DNA of 63,070 nt, filler included, from Octopus bimaculoides (Eukaryota): the NCBI RefSeq assembly GCF_001194135.2. It is 3 parts of 3 records of this genome, joined end to end, with 100 filler letters (N's around TTAATTAATTAA, not from the genome) between each part and the next. Parts side by side here need not be neighbours in the genome. Positions count along the whole stretch, not along the records: positions 40,721 to 63,070 come from NC_068982.1; 2 more parts are not named here. The stretch is one strand, 5' to 3'. Below are positions 60,160-63,070 of the stretch, one piece after another (position 1 is the first letter of the stretch; the number at the start of each line of letters is the position of its first letter). A program made the translations under genes and the position numbers. The notes under the pieces were generated by a model that was given only the letters and a program-made list of their open reading frames with translations, had not been told where the DNA came from and ran no database searches.

Positions 60160-60510
60160 ACATGATGATGATGGCCGTCCACTCGTGACCGAGGAAGACC
60201 ATTGCCGACCATCAGGAACATTGTGCGCTCTAGGACTAACTTATATTTTGCATTTGCGGCTCCGTTGGTGGCTAATGAGCCCTGCTCTTGACAAGCATAC
60301 ACGGCTGCAAACATTGCAGATTAAGTTTTCCCCATTCACTATATGAGCCGTGCGCTTTCGCGCAGCTCGCTTAAGTTCTTCATGCTGGATACGTGCTCTC
60401 TCAAAAGTGTCGATCCCCTCCTTAACCTGCTTCCTCCATCCGTGGCGATGACAGGCATTGTTCTTCCAGTCAGTGTCCTGCATATCACAGGCCTTTAATG
60501 AGGACTTGAC
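60160..60510 (-). mobile_element. RTE-clade LINE 3' terminus
   Basis: KSSLKAC..DWKNNACHRHGWRKQVKEG...CNVCSRVCLSRAGLISHQR, followed by a 3' UTR ending in (CAT)n. Confidence 0.85.
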
Positions 60511-60589
60511 ACACATACATACATATATACATACATCATACATACATACATACATACATACATACTTACATACATACATACATACATAC

Positions 60590-60620
<31 letters not shown>

Positions 60621-60630
60621 GATACATACA

Positions 60631-60661
<31 letters not shown>

Positions 60662-61074
60662 GTGATTGTACAATCAAATATCTAGGAAAAAGAGAACATT
60701 TATGGCGAATTAACGCGGAGCTTACAGCTCTTATACCCTGATTATGAATCTTCATTTGCCTCCGTTATAGATACGTTAGGTTATGTGCCAACAAATTTCA
60801 CAAACACTTAGAAATGCTCGATTTTTCGGAGAAAGAGCAAAAAAAAAAAATAATAATCTGTTGCTGATTCTCTAAATTCAATCTATGACATTCCAAAATT
60901 TCTCCTTGTGAGATTCTTATGTGAATAGATGCACACTCTTGGGGTGTATGCATCAACAGTTCAACCAACACATCAACTCAACCACGTATTTACAAACACC
61001 GGGAACTCTCTAGACTAAAAAAAATTTTGTCGCTTTCTTAGCAACCGGTTTGAACTCTCTCCTTCGATCATGAA

Positions 61075-61380
61075 TGACCATGGGATTGCACCTAAACAAT
61101 TCCCTTCCAAGGCACAAGTCTGGGCAAAGTTGTTTATAGAAGACCAGCAGTCACCCATGCATACCAGCTCCTCCCTTTTCCACGCCACCCATGTTGTTCA
61201 AGGAAAGGCAAAGGCCGACACAGCTTGGCAACAAAGAAGTCGCAACTCATTTCTGTAGCTGATTGAACTGAAGCAACGTGAAATAAAGTGCCTTGCTTAA
61301 GAACACAACACACAGCCCGGTCCGGGAATCGAACTCACTACAACATGATTGTGAGCCCGACGCTCTAACTACTGAGTCAC
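61075..61380 (-). mobile_element. SINE family C copy
   Basis: Colinear with 41343-41650. Confidence 0.8.
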
Positions 61381-62886
61381 ACACATACATTTACCTGTAT
61401 ACACGCACAAACTACCCCTCCAAAAAATAACGTTTGTTTCCTATAAGTGTTTGGTTTTGGGAATGAAGTGACAAATGATTGCTTACAATGTGCTGCTAAT
61501 TACAGTCGGCATTATTCCGCTGTCTGTTACCACGAAGTTGAAACCTCTGCGACATTTTGTATGATATCTTCTGTATCAATTAATTAACTTCCGTGTGACA
61601 TTTTCTGTATGACATTTTCTGTAGCCAAGAAGTTGACATCTATGTCACATCTTAAGTGATATCTGTGGTCTAGAGTAGCTAAGAAATTGACAGTTATGTA
61701 ACATTCTCTGTGACATTTCTGTGCTCGAAACGTTGATATCTCTGTGATAATTTCAGTTTGTGACATCTTCAATTGTTAAGTAGATGGCATCGAAAAGGAA
61801 GACAAATTCCTTTGTGTGTAGGGAGCAACATTAGTGCCGCACTCTGGTTGTCTCTGTAGTGAGTCTCATCAGTATCGCAGTCTGGTTTGTGGTTTAAAGA
61901 ACATCCGGTTGTAGCATTATGCTAGATACTTCACTACACATGTAAATATAGCAACATGCTGGAAATGAATCTAAATTATTAAATATCTTCCGTGATACAA
62001 CAAAGTGAAATGAAATAAATTTCTCATTTTGACATCGTTAACTTGGCGTCAGATCAATCTATAATGTATGACTAGAATATTACTGAAAATTAGTTTGAAC
62101 TAATTAACTAAAAGCTCTAATAGGATTATTTCAAATCACTAATTAATGTGTCAGCCCCGTTGGCTTTCAAGAACTGCTCCTATTTGTTATTCCAAATGTC
62201 TTGTTGAACCCTGTAGGGAATTAAAATTCACTTCACACTCGTGAGAAATAGCGAAAAATGTCTTACTAAATGGAGCGGCTAATCAGTAAAGTTTTATCAC
62301 AGGCTTGATTGACAAACAGCTACTTTTCCATTTGGGATCACTAACTTATTTGACGGTAAAGCAATTATTTTACACATTTACTATTAATAGGTGATGGCAC
62401 AGCCTAAATAACTAAATACACAGACATAAATACTCCAGTTAAAATCGATACGGACTATCTCTTTGATTTCAATTGTACTTATATAGTTTTCGAAGTTTCT
62501 CTTAAAGGGAAAAGTGAAACGAAACTCCGCCGAGGTTATTTTAATTACGTAGCAGAGGATCGACTGACAGGAAGTGAATGGTGTTCAGGTTACAGCTACC
62601 TTGAGGGGCATTCAGGTGTTGTGTATTAAAATAAATACTGACAGGCCATTAGAAAGTGTAATGGATTTTAATAGAGTCTTGGGAAGCGCCATCTACATTA
62701 ATTTGACGGAACTGAATGTGGAATGTTGATTTATACATTAATGTATGCATGCGTACATACATATATTAGGTACATACAGACACACACATGTACGCACGTC
62801 CACATACACACACACACAGAGGCATATAAACATACAGATGTATGCATGGATTTGATACATATATATGCATACATTCATGTATATAC

Positions 62887-62924
<38 letters not shown>

Positions 62925-62927
<3 letters not shown>

Positions 62928-63070
62928 GGTGTAAGAGTGTTTGCGTGGTAAGAAACTTGCTTGCCGAGCACATGGTCCCGGGTTCAGTCCCACTGCGTAG
63001 CACCCTGGGCAAGTATCTTCTACTATAGCCTCCAGGCCGACCAAAGACTTGTGAGGGGATCTGGCAGATG
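62925..63070 (+). mobile_element. SINE family A head, runs off the window
   Basis: gcgtggtaagaaacttgcttgccgagcacatggtcccgggttcagtcccactg. Confidence 0.85.

Overview
AT-rich animal genomic DNA, dense in microsatellites and SINEs. The repeat families look like octopus; this is an inference from repeat style, not a database hit. The window is three scaffolds joined by two identical artificial 100-bp spacers (44 N + TTAATTAATTAA + 44 N, at 18018-18117 and 40621-40720), with many other N gaps. Two protein-coding genes can be rebuilt exon by exon, both on the minus strand. (1) A Sam68/KHDRBS-family STAR RNA-binding protein: 8 coding exons at 15592-10145 encoding KH, QUA2, RG/P-rich, Tyr-rich and PY-NLS regions; its canonical QUA1 first exon is not visible. 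(2) A fructosamine/ketosamine-3-kinase: 6 exons at 24307-18313; its last exon is missing at the scaffold join. A possible Ser/Pro-rich orphan ORF lies at 28801-29981 (+). The rest is tRNA-derived SINEs, LINE fragments (RTE, CR1-like, RLE/R4-like), decayed mariner and hAT transposons, MITEs and tandem repeats. The best leads are a strong distal 3' splice site that could give a KHDRBS isoform without its NLS, in-phase FN3K/KHDRBS ends across the spacer, three foldback elements built around TTAGGG hairpins, a minisatellite born from a LINE endonuclease ORF, and retroelements embedded in microsatellites.
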